Assembly (NCBI GenBank): GCA_964495685.1
Contig: CAZBVQ010000001.1
Coordinates: forward strand, 169,521-233,520
Length of the DNA: 64,000 bases
Origin: an uncultured Candidatus Saccharibacteria bacterium
GTDB taxonomy: Bacteria > Patescibacteriota > Minisyncoccia > Phycocordibacterales > PALSA-1337
Direction: 5' to 3'
The notes under the pieces were generated by a model. The model did not search any database. It was not told the origin of the DNA and saw only the letters and a list, made by a program, of their open reading frames with translations. Below are positions 25,822-38,018 of the stretch, piece after piece (the stretch's first letter is position 1; every line of letters begins with the position of its first letter). A program made the translations under genes and the position numbers.

Positions 25822-26628
25822 ATGCCATTGCTCGCGCCATCAATCCTCTCTTTCATATTCGGCGCCATTGTCGGTAGCTTCTTGAATGTCGTCTCACTTC
25901 GTTTCAACACCGGCATGACACTCGGGGGACGTTCCAAGTGCATGACTTGTGGCACTACACTCACCTGGAAAGAGCTCGTCCCTATCGTCAGTTTCCTAGC
26001 CCAGAAGGGAAGTTGCAAGCGGTGCAAGAGTACGATCTCATGGCAGTATCCGCTCGTTGAGTTCATTGCGGGCATCATTTTCGTACTTATATTCATCACG
26101 TTTCCCCCAGTATCGTATGTCGCCGCGGCGCAGACCCTCCTCTATATCATCGCCGCGTGCCTGCTTGTGGTGATTGCTGTCTATGATATCAAGCACAAGA
26201 TCATTCCTGATACATTCAATTATGCATTTGCAGCACTTGCACTCCTCACTCTTTTTGTGGGAGGGGGGAGTTGGTGGCATGTACCAGGGTTCTGGTCGCT
26301 CATTGCAGGGCCGCTCCTAGCTATACCTTTTGCACTGCTGTGGCTGGTTTCGCGGGGTCGGTGGATGGGTCTTGGTGATGGCAAACTCATGCTCGGCATC
26401 GGATGGATGACAGGTGTTGCTGCAGGTATAAACGCTATTATTGTGTCGTTTTGGATCGCGGCGGCAGTGAGTGTCGTCTGGCTTTTCATCACCTACAAGC
26501 GTTTCAAACCAAAAACTGAAGTGCCGTTCGGTCCCTACCTCATTCTTGGCATGTATCTCGTCATCCTGTTCAATATACAAGTGCTTGATGTTGCTCTGCT
26601 CAAAGATATTATATTCGGTCTCTTCTAG
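25822..26628 (+). CDS. pilD: Prepilin peptidase PilD (A24)
   Basis: GSFLNVV, RSKCMTC...CKRC, YPLVE, YDIKHKIIPD, MGLGDGK, VPFGPYL. Confidence 0.93.
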   Translation: MPLLAPSILSFIFGAIVGSFLNVVSLRFNTGMTLGGRSKCMTCGTTLTWKELVPIVSFLAQKGSCKRCKSTISWQYPLVEFIAGIIFVLIFITFPPVSYVAAAQTLLYIIAACLLVVIAVYDIKHKIIPDTFNYAFAALALLTLFVGGGSWWHVPGFWSLIAGPLLAIPFALLWLVSRGRWMGLGDGKLMLGIGWMTGVAAGINAIIVSFWIAAAVSVVWLFITYKRFKPKTEVPFGPYLILGMYLVILFNIQVLDVALLKDIIFGLF

Positions 26629-26651
26629 AATGTGAGGTATAATAAGATGCA

Positions 26652-27359
26652 ATGAAGGTGTCGTACACATTTCCAATCTTTGATCCCAGAACGGAGTCTG
26701 GGACAAGCATTCAATCTTCGATGCGCTCCGGATTTACCTTGGTTGAATTGCTCGTGTCCGTAGCCATCTTCGCCTTGATGACTGCGCTTGTAGTCGCCAA
26801 ATACGGTGCATTCAATCAGAGTATTTTCCTAACCAATCTTGCATATGATGTGGCGCTGACAGTGCGGACGGCACAGACGTATGGGTTGAGCGTCAAGTCG
26901 ACGGCAACAACGGGTACGTATAGCTCGCCTACCTATGCGTATGGTGTCACCATCGGGACCGATTCCATAAGCTGCGCAGGATCGTCGTCCAATGCCACGC
27001 AATTTCTAATGTTTACTGATATTGGCACTACTCCCAATGCGATATGTGATGCGGGAGATACACTCGTCTCTACCTACGCACTCAAGCGCGGAGCGACGGT
27101 ATACCAGGTCTGTGCGGGTGGATCTAGTTGTACGCCTGGGTCTGGTCGACTGGATGTGACGTTCAAGCGTCCTGATCCCAAGGCGACTATCTGTTTCAAT
27201 TCCTCTTGTACGCATAGTTTCGCTCAGATCGTGCTCAAGGCCCCTGATGGTACCACCAAGGCAGTCGAAATTCGCAGCACTGGCCAGATCTCGGTCACTG
27301 ACGGATCTGTCCAAGATGCTCAGCAAGGCGGTGGAGGGGAGGAAGATAATCCTCAATAA
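26652..27359 (+). CDS. Minor pilin (FimT-like)
   Basis: RSG|FTLVELLVSVAIF; start could be the downstream Met at 26721. Confidence 0.8.
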   Translation: MKVSYTFPIFDPRTESGTSIQSSMRSGFTLVELLVSVAIFALMTALVVAKYGAFNQSIFLTNLAYDVALTVRTAQTYGLSVKSTATTGTYSSPTYAYGVTIGTDSISCAGSSSNATQFLMFTDIGTTPNAICDAGDTLVSTYALKRGATVYQVCAGGSSCTPGSGRLDVTFKRPDPKATICFNSSCTHSFAQIVLKAPDGTTKAVEIRSTGQISVTDGSVQDAQQGGGGEEDNPQ

Positions 27360-27373
27360 ATCTACATAGTATA

Positions 27374-28045
27374 ATGACAGTATTACATACGAGACATACA
27401 CATACGCGCACAGGATTCACTCTCGTTGAGATCATTGTGTCTTTGGCGATATTCGCCATTGTCGCTACGGTCGCTCTCGGAGCACTCGTCAAAATCGTAT
27501 CAGCCAACAAGAAGGCGCAGGCAGTCCAGGAAGCGGTCACCAGTCTCAATTTCGCACTCGATGCCATGTCTCGTGAGATGCGTGTTGGGCGCAATTATTA
27601 TTGTCAGGAAGGCACTTCATTCATGCTCGGCAGTCTCAGTCAAGACTATACCAGTGGCACGAGCGGTACTACCAAGTGTCCGGTCGGTGATGATCGTCGT
27701 AGTGGTAATGGTGTCGGCCACGTGATTGCATTCAATTCATCGAAAGTCGATCGTACGGACCCTGCCAATCCTTGTAATTTGATATATGCGTATGCACTCA
27801 CTCCAGTCGGAGCGGGGTATAGTCTGTCGAAAGCTGAACAAGCGTCCTGTGGCGACACCTCGTATGCATTCAATTCGATCGTCGATCCCAATGTGACTAT
27901 TACGGGATATTACGTGCGCGCTCTGGCGACCTATACCAATCCATATCCACGTATGACGATCAGGTTGTCTGGCTATGCTGGTGTGGCTGAGAAGGACCGT
28001 ACGTATTTCGATGTACAGACGACAGTTTCGGCACGCGTGCAATAA
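27374..28045 (+). CDS. Minor pilin (PilW-like)
   Basis: RTG|FTLVEIIVSLAIF...MSREMRVG...VQTTVSAR. Confidence 0.8.
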   Translation: MTVLHTRHTHTRTGFTLVEIIVSLAIFAIVATVALGALVKIVSANKKAQAVQEAVTSLNFALDAMSREMRVGRNYYCQEGTSFMLGSLSQDYTSGTSGTTKCPVGDDRRSGNGVGHVIAFNSSKVDRTDPANPCNLIYAYALTPVGAGYSLSKAEQASCGDTSYAFNSIVDPNVTITGYYVRALATYTNPYPRMTIRLSGYAGVAEKDRTYFDVQTTVSARVQ

Positions 28046-28053
28046 TTCATCAT

Positions 28054-28704
28054 ATGAATATCAATCGTATACATATCATTCGCCGCCCAGTGATTCGATC
28101 GAAGACATCGAGTATGATTCGACGTTCGGTGCCCGTGACCTGTGCCGCCTTCACGATTGTCGAGACACTTGTCGCTATCACCATATTGATGATTGCCTTG
28201 GCGGGCCCTCTGGTAGTTGCTAGTCGTGGTCTCACCGGAGCGATCGTCTCAAAAGATCAGATGATTGCGTCATATCTAGCTCAGGAGAGTATGGAAATGG
28301 TCAAGAATCGCCGAGATAACAATATTGCTCAATACGGTGATGCCCAGAACAACTGGCTTCAAGGGTTCAACTATACTGGAGATACCACTGGTTCGTGTGT
28401 GGTCGACAAGCCCTGTGATATCAACGGTATCGACAGCACATCCGTCGGCATAGGTGATTATATTCCGAGCATAGTTACCTGCGATGCGGCGACGGGCTGC
28501 ATCATCTACTATTCGAGCACGTCGGGATACAATCATTCGAGTGGTTCGGTGAGCGGTTTTACTAGGCGCATGTATTTCCAAGATCGATCAGCCAATGCGG
28601 GTAATGTCCCCGAGAAAACGGTCCACGTACTGGTCAATTGGTACGAGGGGACGGTACCATACGAAATTCATTTGACGAGCGAGCTCGTAGCTGTATCACG
28701 ATAA
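28054..28704 (+). CDS. Minor pilin (PilV-like)
   Basis: AA|FTIVETLVAITIL...ASYLAQESMEMVKNRRD. Confidence 0.8.
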   Translation: MNINRIHIIRRPVIRSKTSSMIRRSVPVTCAAFTIVETLVAITILMIALAGPLVVASRGLTGAIVSKDQMIASYLAQESMEMVKNRRDNNIAQYGDAQNNWLQGFNYTGDTTGSCVVDKPCDINGIDSTSVGIGDYIPSIVTCDAATGCIIYYSSTSGYNHSSGSVSGFTRRMYFQDRSANAGNVPEKTVHVLVNWYEGTVPYEIHLTSELVAVSR

Positions 28705-28705
28705 T

Positions 28706-29248
28706 ATGTCCACATTGCAAACTACACATCACAGACTACACAGAGGGTACACACTCTTATTTGCAGTGATTACGTCAGCGGTTGTTCTCGGCGTGGCGGT
28801 ATTCATTGTGACGATCAGCAAGAAACAGTACGCGCTTTCGGTGACGGCACGTGATTCGATGTATGCACTCTATGCAGCAGATAGTGCCATGGAATGTGCG
28901 TCGGTCGCTGACCTTGCGACGACGACTGGTTCCAATGCTCCGGCTACAGTCGTCCTCCATTGTAACAACGCTGATTCTGCAGGTGTCGCATTCGGTGGGC
29001 CTATATCCAATCCTGATGCCACTACGTGGCCGAGTGGGTTTGGCCTCTATCAGGCGCCAGACATTCTCGTCGTGTTGAATGATGGTACATGCGCCAAAGT
29101 GACTATCACTGATGGATACTATATTGACGGAACTGTCACGAAACACAAGACAGTTGTCGACTCACGTGGATACAATTATTGTGATGGAAGTGGTCCCAAG
29201 ACCAGCTCTCGCACCGTCGAGCGCGCACTCCGCCTGACGTATAGGTGA
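28706..29248 (+). CDS. Minor pilin (PilX-like)
   Basis: RG|YTLLFAVI (no Glu5), ALYAADSAMECA, SRG...RAL. Confidence 0.75.
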   Translation: MSTLQTTHHRLHRGYTLLFAVITSAVVLGVAVFIVTISKKQYALSVTARDSMYALYAADSAMECASVADLATTTGSNAPATVVLHCNNADSAGVAFGGPISNPDATTWPSGFGLYQAPDILVVLNDGTCAKVTITDGYYIDGTVTKHKTVVDSRGYNYCDGSGPKTSSRTVERALRLTYR

Positions 29249-29257
29249 CGATTCTAG

Positions 29258-31377
<2,120 letters not shown>

Positions 31378-31446
31378 TCAACCCCCTAAAGCTCCCTGAT
31401 TGGGTACATGTTTAAATAGATGGATATTCTATGCTACAATCGCCTC

Positions 31447-31740
31447 ATGATAACTGTGAAGGAACTAGAAAACTTGGCCAACTTGGCTCGTATCAAACTC
31501 ACTGAAGACGACAAGAAGTCGTTAGTCAAAGAGTTTGATTCGATTCTAGGATATGTCGACCAGCTCAAAAAGGCCGACGTATCTATGGACGCCGAAGGCC
31601 GTGTCGGTGCGGTCAAGAATGTGACTCGTGCTGATGAGGTAGCCACTACTTCTGCCGAAGATCGTGAACGGCTCCTCAATGAGGCGCCTGATAGGGAGGG
31701 TGATTTCATTGCGGTCAAGAAAATAATTGCACAGGATTAG
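31447..31740 (+). CDS. gatC: Asp/Glu-tRNA amidotransferase subunit C
   Basis: LANLARIKL...ILGYVDQL...RAD...NEAPD; precedes gatA. Confidence 0.9.
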   Translation: MITVKELENLANLARIKLTEDDKKSLVKEFDSILGYVDQLKKADVSMDAEGRVGAVKNVTRADEVATTSAEDRERLLNEAPDREGDFIAVKKIIAQD

Positions 31741-31803
31741 GGAGGGGTGACGGCTTCTTTCTGAGATTTTTAAAGTGACCACATTTTAGTCAACTTACTT
31801 CAT

Positions 31804-33279
31804 ATGAAAATAGATCTACGGAACTTAACAATAATAAAAGCGCACGAATCCTTGAAGAAAGGCGACTTTACTGCTGTTGAGTTGACGCAGGCGTATCTGG
31901 ATATGATCAAAGCCAAGAATCCAGAAATTAATGCCTATCGTGAAGTATTTTCTGATGCGTTGGATCAAGCCGGGGAAGCAGACAAGAAGATTGAAGAAGC
32001 AAAAAAGCAAGGAAGCAAAGATTTTCCTGTACTTCTTGGTATTCCGTGCGCCATCAAAGATAACATCCTGATCAAAGGACGGATTGCGGGAGCTTCTTCG
32101 AAGATACTTGAAGATTATCACGCGACGTATGACGCGACTGTCATCGAGAAGCTCAAAAAAGAGGGGGTTATCTTCATTGGTCGCACCAACATGGATGAGT
32201 TCGCTATGGGTGGATCTACGGAGAATTCTGCTTACGGAGTGACCAAGAATCCCTACGACACATCACGAGTCGCGGGAGGTTCTTCGGGTGGTTCGGCTGC
32301 TGCGGTGGCCGCTGATATGGCATTGTTTGCACTTGGTTCGGATACGGGTGGTTCCATCAGGCAACCAGCTAGCTTCTGTGGGCTTGTTGGGTTGAAATCG
32401 ACCTATGGAGCAGTTTCTCGATATGGGGTTATGGCTATGGGGTCTTCACTAGATCAGATTGGCCCTTTTGCCAAGAATGTGGAAGATGCCGCTATCATTT
32501 TCGATATCATTCAAGGTAATGATAAGAATGATGGGACAACGATAAGTAAAGATACATATAAGCGAGTAAACAAGCCCATCTCTGCCAAGGCTACGACGGG
32601 CAAGGAAGGAAAAAGCAAAAAAGTCATCGGTGTGCCGAGACATTTCTTGAAAGAAGGTATTGATGTTGGAGTCATGAAGGCATTCGAGGCATCATTGGAG
32701 AAACTCAAAGAAGTGGGGTATGAGATCAAAGAAGTATCATTGCCGAACATTGGTTATTCATTACCAGTTTATTACGTCATTATGCCCGCAGAAGTGTCTT
32801 CCAACATGGCCCGCTTCGACGGCATGCGTTTTGGTCTTCATGTAGATGGTGCTGATGGTATCGCTGACTATTTCGAATCACGTCGAGCAGGACTCGGTCG
32901 TGAAGTCGTACGCCGCATCCTTCTTGGTACCTATGTACTTTCATCTGGTTATTATGATGCCTATTACAATCGCGCCAACGCTGTGCGTGACATGATTCGT
33001 GCTGATTTCATGAAGGCGTTCGAATCTGTCGATATTATCGCTACGCCGACCGCACCATCACCTGCATTCAAGATAGGGGAGAAGACAGCTGATCCAGTGG
33101 CTATGTATCTCGAGGACATTTTCACGGTGACGGCAAATATCACCGGTATGCCCGCTATTTCGGTACCGTGTGGTACTGTCGCGAAAGATGGAGTAGATCT
33201 GCCTGTCGGCATACAATTCACTGCTCGACACGGAGACGAGAAGACTCTATTTGGAGTGGGGAGAGAGTTGGAGTTATAA
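31804..33279 (+). CDS. gatA: Glutamyl-tRNA(Gln) amidotransferase subunit A
   Basis: IKDN, NMDEFAMG, GGSSGGS, GSDTGGSIRQPASFCG, RRILLGTYVLS. Confidence 0.97.
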   Translation: MKIDLRNLTIIKAHESLKKGDFTAVELTQAYLDMIKAKNPEINAYREVFSDALDQAGEADKKIEEAKKQGSKDFPVLLGIPCAIKDNILIKGRIAGASSKILEDYHATYDATVIEKLKKEGVIFIGRTNMDEFAMGGSTENSAYGVTKNPYDTSRVAGGSSGGSAAAVAADMALFALGSDTGGSIRQPASFCGLVGLKSTYGAVSRYGVMAMGSSLDQIGPFAKNVEDAAIIFDIIQGNDKNDGTTISKDTYKRVNKPISAKATTGKEGKSKKVIGVPRHFLKEGIDVGVMKAFEASLEKLKEVGYEIKEVSLPNIGYSLPVYYVIMPAEVSSNMARFDGMRFGLHVDGADGIADYFESRRAGLGREVVRRILLGTYVLSSGYYDAYYNRANAVRDMIRADFMKAFESVDIIATPTAPSPAFKIGEKTADPVAMYLEDIFTVTANITGMPAISVPCGTVAKDGVDLPVGIQFTARHGDEKTLFGVGRELEL

Positions 33280-33286
33280 TACTCCC

Positions 33287-33901
33287 ATGCCTTCTGACAT
33301 AGACACAGTGCCAGTCGTCGATGTGGGTCTGCCACAAATCGATATTTTCTCATTCCTGGCAAAGGTATATCATCACATTGTTGACTGGTTCCCGGCCATA
33401 TTCGGTGGTGCCAAGTCCACATTCGGTGTCATTGTCGGTATTTCTATTCCAGTCTCGTTCTTTCTCTTGATAGGGATTGTGTATTGTGTTGAGCAGCTCA
33501 AGTATATTCGCAAGAAAGAAGAGCTCATGTATGACACCAAGACCGAGCCGGCGTATCAAGAAGTTGGTGCAAGTGAGAGTGATGCCAAACTAGCCCATCG
33601 TTGGGAGAATGTTATCCGTCACATCGAATCGACGAATCAGAATGATTGGAAGCAGGCGATCCTCGAAGCAGATATGATGCTCGATGATATTCTCACGGCA
33701 ATGGGGTACCAAGGTGAGAGTGTAGGAGAGAAGCTCAAGAGGGTGGCCAAGGGCGATTTTGCTTCACTTAATGAGGCGTGGGAGGCGCACAAAGTCCGCA
33801 ATCAGATAGCTCATGAAGTTGGTTTCGGTCTCACGCATTATGCGGCACTTGATGCCGTCAACAAATACAAGAAAGTGTTCGAGGAGTTTTATTATATTTA
33901 G
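33287..33901 (+). CDS. Membrane-anchored hypothetical protein with an RxxxxH (HEPN-like) motif
   Basis: TM near the N-terminus; AILEADMMLD...GEKLK...AHKVRNQIAHE; TATAAT 6 nt before the ATG. Confidence 0.75.
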   Translation: MPSDIDTVPVVDVGLPQIDIFSFLAKVYHHIVDWFPAIFGGAKSTFGVIVGISIPVSFFLLIGIVYCVEQLKYIRKKEELMYDTKTEPAYQEVGASESDAKLAHRWENVIRHIESTNQNDWKQAILEADMMLDDILTAMGYQGESVGEKLKRVAKGDFASLNEAWEAHKVRNQIAHEVGFGLTHYAALDAVNKYKKVFEEFYYI

Positions 33902-33962
33902 ATTTTACTTCGTTCGCTTGTTGCAGTCATGCGACTACGGCTAAGCTCACTTTGTTCGCTTG

Positions 33963-34034
33963 TTGCGGGGAGCGGAATCGAACCGCTAATTTTCAGGTTA
34001 TGAGCCTGACGGGTTACCGTTACCCTACCCCGCG
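33963..34034 (-). tRNA. tRNA-Met(CAU), initiator-type
   Basis: CGCGGGG acceptor with C1:A72 mismatch; anticodon CT-CAT-AA. Confidence 0.88.
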
Positions 34035-34122
34035 ATAGGAGTCCATTGTGCCACAAAGAGGGCTTCAACGCAAGGTATTATTTGCGCGAACGCCTTTTTT
34101 CGTCTATTGTATGGGGGCGCAC

Positions 34123-34196
34123 GTCGGCGTAGCTCAGTTGGTTAGAGCGTGGGACTCATAAGCCCAAGGTCGAAGGTTCGATCCCTTCCGCCGACA
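34123..34196 (+). tRNA. tRNA-Met(CAU), elongator-type (Ile2 not excluded)
   Basis: GTCGGCG/CGCCGAC acceptor, anticodon CT-CAT-AA. Confidence 0.85.
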
Positions 34197-34321
34197 CACT
34201 TTGTTTTTTTGCGTTTTTCTGATAGATTACTATTCGTTCCTCACTTGCGGCCATATTTCCATATAGCCGCTACGCTCGGACCCGCATCCGAACGTAGACG
34301 TTTGGATCCGTGTCCTCACTT

Positions 34322-34395
34322 GCGGCCATAGCTCAACTGGTTAGAGCACTCGCCTGTCACGCGAGAGGTTGGCGGTTCGAGCCCGCTTGGCCGCG
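34322..34395 (+). tRNA. tRNA-Asp(GUC)
   Basis: GCGGCCA/TGGCCGC acceptor, G73, CTCGC-CT-GTC-AC-GCGAG. Confidence 0.92.
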
Positions 34396-34401
34396 CAGAA
34401 A

Positions 34402-35043
34402 ATGCTTGTTTCTGGAGCAAAAACATTACCAATTGACCTCGATACGTTCGGGTTCGTCGAACGTGAGTTTGTTAATGGTAAAAGATTGAAAAATCAATGC
34501 GGGCGTGATTTCTTTTACTACACACTTACGTATTATCATCCTGAGTTGTTTAGCCCGTCGGGCCTAAATCCCCAGAAAATTAGTGAGCGGGGAATCTTCG
34601 GCCTACGTATGCCACTGGGTCTGATTTGGACAGGATTGTCGTTTCGGAAGATACCAAAACTTCTTCGGTCGCATGGTTTGCGTTTATCATTGAACAGTAG
34701 GGCTGTGCGGGGATATATTTCGCTGCTTCTAGGTATCTTGCCCCTCAGGCCGCAATCATTCGAAAAGGGGATACGAGATGTAGAAGAAGCGATCGATCGT
34801 CAGTGCGCGGTCGGCATCGATATTGCCATAAGTCTTGGTGGTTTGGGTGATCATGTCATGTTCGTGTACGGATATGATGAAGAAAATCTGTATGTATTTG
34901 ATACGCACCAGGCTTTCTGGCCTGATTATGACAAACTAACACCGGCAGGCGACAATCGTTTTGTTATGAAGTTGCCCAAGTCGGTCATCAAGAAACGCTG
35001 GACCATATTCAATCGTGTGTGGCTTGTTGCGCCAACGGATTGA
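34402..35043 (+). CDS. Hypothetical protein, possible C39/papain-like cysteine peptidase
   Basis: NQCG, GDHVMFVYGYD, LYVFDT spacing fits a Cys-His-Asp triad. Confidence 0.55.
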   Translation: MLVSGAKTLPIDLDTFGFVEREFVNGKRLKNQCGRDFFYYTLTYYHPELFSPSGLNPQKISERGIFGLRMPLGLIWTGLSFRKIPKLLRSHGLRLSLNSRAVRGYISLLLGILPLRPQSFEKGIRDVEEAIDRQCAVGIDIAISLGGLGDHVMFVYGYDEENLYVFDTHQAFWPDYDKLTPAGDNRFVMKLPKSVIKKRWTIFNRVWLVAPTD

Positions 35044-35101
35044 AAAGCCACGTGATTTATACTATGATGCACTAGTTCCTATTAGTGCCAATCATTCGTA
35101 C

Positions 35102-35174
35102 GCCAATGTAGCTCAGTTGGTAGAGCACTCCCATGGTAAGGGAGAGGTCATCGGTTCGATCCCGATCATTGGCT
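35102..35174 (+). tRNA. tRNA-Thr(GGU)
   Basis: GCCAATG/CATTGGC; CTCCC-AT-GGT-AA-GGGAG. Confidence 0.92.
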
Positions 35175-35264
35175 CCCTACTTCGCTTTGCTTCGCAAGGC
35201 TTCGTAGGGCAGGCCCTTTGTTGTGCTTGCTCTGCGAAGCTCTGCGCATGTAGAGCGTAGCAGA

Positions 35265-35337
35265 GCCAAAGTAGCTCAGTCGGTAGAGCACCGCTTTCGT
35301 AAAGCGGGGGTCCCCGGTTCGATCCCGGGCTTTGGCT
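35265..35337 (+). tRNA. tRNA-Thr(CGU)
   Basis: GCCAAAG/CTTTGGC; CCGCT-TT-CGT-AA-AGCGG. Confidence 0.92.
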
Positions 35338-35365
35338 CAAAGATACAGTTCACCAGTCATCATTC

Positions 35366-36250
35366 ATGGCGACAAAAGAAGAAATACAGCAGAAAATAAA
35401 TGAGCTCGAGACGGCGATGGCTTCAGCTGATTTCTGGAACGACAAAACCAAGGCGCAGGCTAGCGTCAGGGAATTACAGCAACTCAAGATGGAGCTCGAA
35501 GGTGTCGGCAAACACGACAAGGGTGACGCTATCCTCTCGATACTTTCTGGTGCAGGCGGTGATGATTCAGAAGATTTCTCGGCCATATTGCTCCGTATGT
35601 ATCGCAAATATGCCGAGAAACAAGGCTGGGGCTGGTCGGTCATTCATAGCAATGAGAACGATCACGGCGGTTATCGTAACGTCACCGTTGAAATTTCCGG
35701 TAAAAACGTGTATGGGTCGCTCAAAAACGAATCTGGCGTCCATCGTCTCGTCCGCATCTCTCCGTTCAACTCGGCACAAAAGAGGCACACATCGTTCTCC
35801 ATGGTTGAAGTTATCCCGAAATTCGAGAAAGCATCTTCCAATGATATCGTCATTCCAGAAAGTGAGCTTGAAATTTCTATCGCCAAGTCAGGCGGTCCTG
35901 GTGGCCAGAATGTGAACAAGCGCGAGACGGCCGTCAGGTTGCTCCACAAGCCGACGAATATCTCTATTCACGTTACATCAGAGCGTTCACAGGCCCAGAA
36001 CAAAGAGAAGGCGCTCGATATTCTTCGTGCCAAGCTCTGGAAGAAGATGGAGGATGATCGCAAAGCCAAAGAGCGTGGTATGCAGATATCATCGACGACA
36101 GCTATTGAGTGGGGCAATCAGATCCGCTCCTATGTGCTCCATCCGTACAAGATGGTCAAAGATCACCGTACTGATGTTGAGACGTCCCAGGTGGATAAGG
36201 TGTTGGAAGGGGAGTTGCAGGAATTTGTCGATGCGGAGAAGGAACTGTAG
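35366..36250 (+). CDS. prfB: Peptide chain release factor 2 (short form, no frameshift)
   Basis: [13 protein letters not shown] (SPF), [11 protein letters not shown] (GGQ), [13 protein letters not shown]. Confidence 0.93.
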   Translation: MATKEEIQQKINELETAMASADFWNDKTKAQASVRELQQLKMELEGVGKHDKGDAILSILSGAGGDDSEDFSAILLRMYRKYAEKQGWGWSVIHSNENDHGGYRNVTVEISGKNVYGSLKNESGVHRLVRISPFNSAQKRHTSFSMVEVIPKFEKASSNDIVIPESELEISIAKSGGPGGQNVNKRETAVRLLHKPTNISIHVTSERSQAQNKEKALDILRAKLWKKMEDDRKAKERGMQISSTTAIEWGNQIRSYVLHPYKMVKDHRTDVETSQVDKVLEGELQEFVDAEKEL

Positions 36251-36283
36251 TTTTTTATTGAAATCAAATGGTATACTAGGTGT

Positions 36284-36964
36284 ATGATCTACTACGACAA
36301 GGTATCCAAAATATATCCGGACAACTCAGTGGGTCTTGACGCGGTCAGTTTCGGCATAGAACCCAAGGAATTCGTCACTATCGTCGGTCAGTCTGGTGCA
36401 GGCAAGACCACGCTCATGAAGATGCTTATTGCCGAGGATCGTCCTACGGACGGGGCGGTCTTTTTCGAGTCTACAGATATACACAAACTCAACAAGCGTG
36501 ATATGAGCAAGTTGCGTCGCCGTATCGGTACCGTATTTCAGGATTTCCGCCTGATTCCCAACAAGACAGTCTATGAGAATATCGCTTTTGCCATGGAAGC
36601 CGCTGGCCGTACAGATGGTGAAATCGCTGCTGATGTGCCACATGTACTCGAGCTCGTCGATATTGGTCACAAGATCTGGAATTTTCCACACGAATTGTCT
36701 GGCGGTGAACGTCAACGCGTCGCAATCGCACGTGCCATAGTGACTCAGCCCGATATCGTGATCGCTGATGAGCCTACGGGCAACCTCGATCCGGTCAACA
36801 CATACGAAATCATCCGCATTCTCCAGAAGATCAATGAGCTGGGCACGACCATCCTGCTCACCACGCACAACAAGGGTGTCGTCGATACCGTCAAAGGCCG
36901 TGTCATCACCATGGAGAAGGGGAAAGTGGTGAGGGATGATAAGAGCGGCAAATATATTTTGTAG
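36284..36964 (+). CDS. ftsE: Cell division ATP-binding protein FtsE
   Basis: GQSGAGKT, VFQDFRL, LSGGERQR, ADEPTGNLD; upstream of ftsX. Confidence 0.93.
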   Translation: MIYYDKVSKIYPDNSVGLDAVSFGIEPKEFVTIVGQSGAGKTTLMKMLIAEDRPTDGAVFFESTDIHKLNKRDMSKLRRRIGTVFQDFRLIPNKTVYENIAFAMEAAGRTDGEIAADVPHVLELVDIGHKIWNFPHELSGGERQRVAIARAIVTQPDIVIADEPTGNLDPVNTYEIIRILQKINELGTTILLTTHNKGVVDTVKGRVITMEKGKVVRDDKSGKYIL

Positions 36965-36981
36965 TCTGTTATAATACAGGT

Positions 36982-37938
36982 ATGTTATTCACTACGTTCA
37001 GGCGCATCACTCGTACGGGCTTCGTCAATTTCTGGCGCAACGGCTTCTTGTCATTTGCCGCAATTGTGGTTATCACACTTTCGCTGTGTTCATTCGGCGC
37101 ACTTATTTTCGCTGGTGCATTCGGTCGCAGCATGATCGCTGAGGTCAAGGACAAGGTGGATATCAATGTCTATTTCACCCTCGAGGCGCCTGAGCAGGAT
37201 ATTCTAGCTCTCAAGAAAGACATCGAGCATCTCGATGAAGTTTCGAAGGTCGAGTACGTCTCCCGTGATACGGCGCTCGCCTCATTCAAGGACAAGTGGA
37301 AGGATAATGCTCTCATTATGCAAGGTCTCGATGAGATTGGCACCAACCCATTCCCCGCATCACTCAACGTCAAAGCCAAGGATCCTGGGCAATACGCGAG
37401 TGTTGTCAATTTCTTGAGCAACAAAGCGCCGACGAGTGCTGATGGTAGTCCGATTATTGAGAAGGTCAATTATCAGCAGAACAAGCTCATTATTGACCGG
37501 CTTGGCCGTATTATCCCAGCGATTGAGCAGGCTGGGCTCATTGCGGGCATCATTTTCGTGATAGTAGCTATCATTGTTATTTGGAATACCATTCGACTTA
37601 TTGTCTATACAGCAAAAGATGAGATTTCAGTCATGAAATTGGTAGGTGCAAGCAACGTCTATGTCCGCGGGCCGTTGGTGGTCTCTGGCATTATGTATGG
37701 CGTAGTCTCGGGGATTATTACACTCATTTTGATGGCGGCATTTGCCTACTGGAGTGACGCTCTGGTGCTCAAATTTGCTGGTGTACAGGTGGCTTCTGAC
37801 TTCGAACTGGCCGTCAACATTCTTTCACGGTACTTTGTTCAGAATTTCGGCGCTATATTTGTGATTATTATAGGCGCAGGCATCGTTCTTGGTGCCATTC
37901 CGAGCTATATTGCAGCCCGCAAATATCTCAAAGTTTGA
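36982..37938 (+). CDS. ftsX: Cell division permease FtsX
   Basis: NFWRN, NPFPASL, NTIRL...EISVMKLVGAS; 4 TMs. Confidence 0.92.
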   Translation: MLFTTFRRITRTGFVNFWRNGFLSFAAIVVITLSLCSFGALIFAGAFGRSMIAEVKDKVDINVYFTLEAPEQDILALKKDIEHLDEVSKVEYVSRDTALASFKDKWKDNALIMQGLDEIGTNPFPASLNVKAKDPGQYASVVNFLSNKAPTSADGSPIIEKVNYQQNKLIIDRLGRIIPAIEQAGLIAGIIFVIVAIIVIWNTIRLIVYTAKDEISVMKLVGASNVYVRGPLVVSGIMYGVVSGIITLILMAAFAYWSDALVLKFAGVQVASDFELAVNILSRYFVQNFGAIFVIIIGAGIVLGAIPSYIAARKYLKV

Positions 37939-38018
37939 CGAATGTCGTTTTGTGATGGATGAGGACTCTTTCCACAGGGGAGAGTCTTGTTTTGCATGCT
38001 AAAATACGTGTACACGTC

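Noticed and set aside
34149-35340. Track ORFs overlapping tRNAs (34149-34331, 35015-35260, 35113-35340 and the 34369 start)
   Set aside because: They overlap well-formed tRNA genes; the ORF at 34369 was restarted at ATG 34402.
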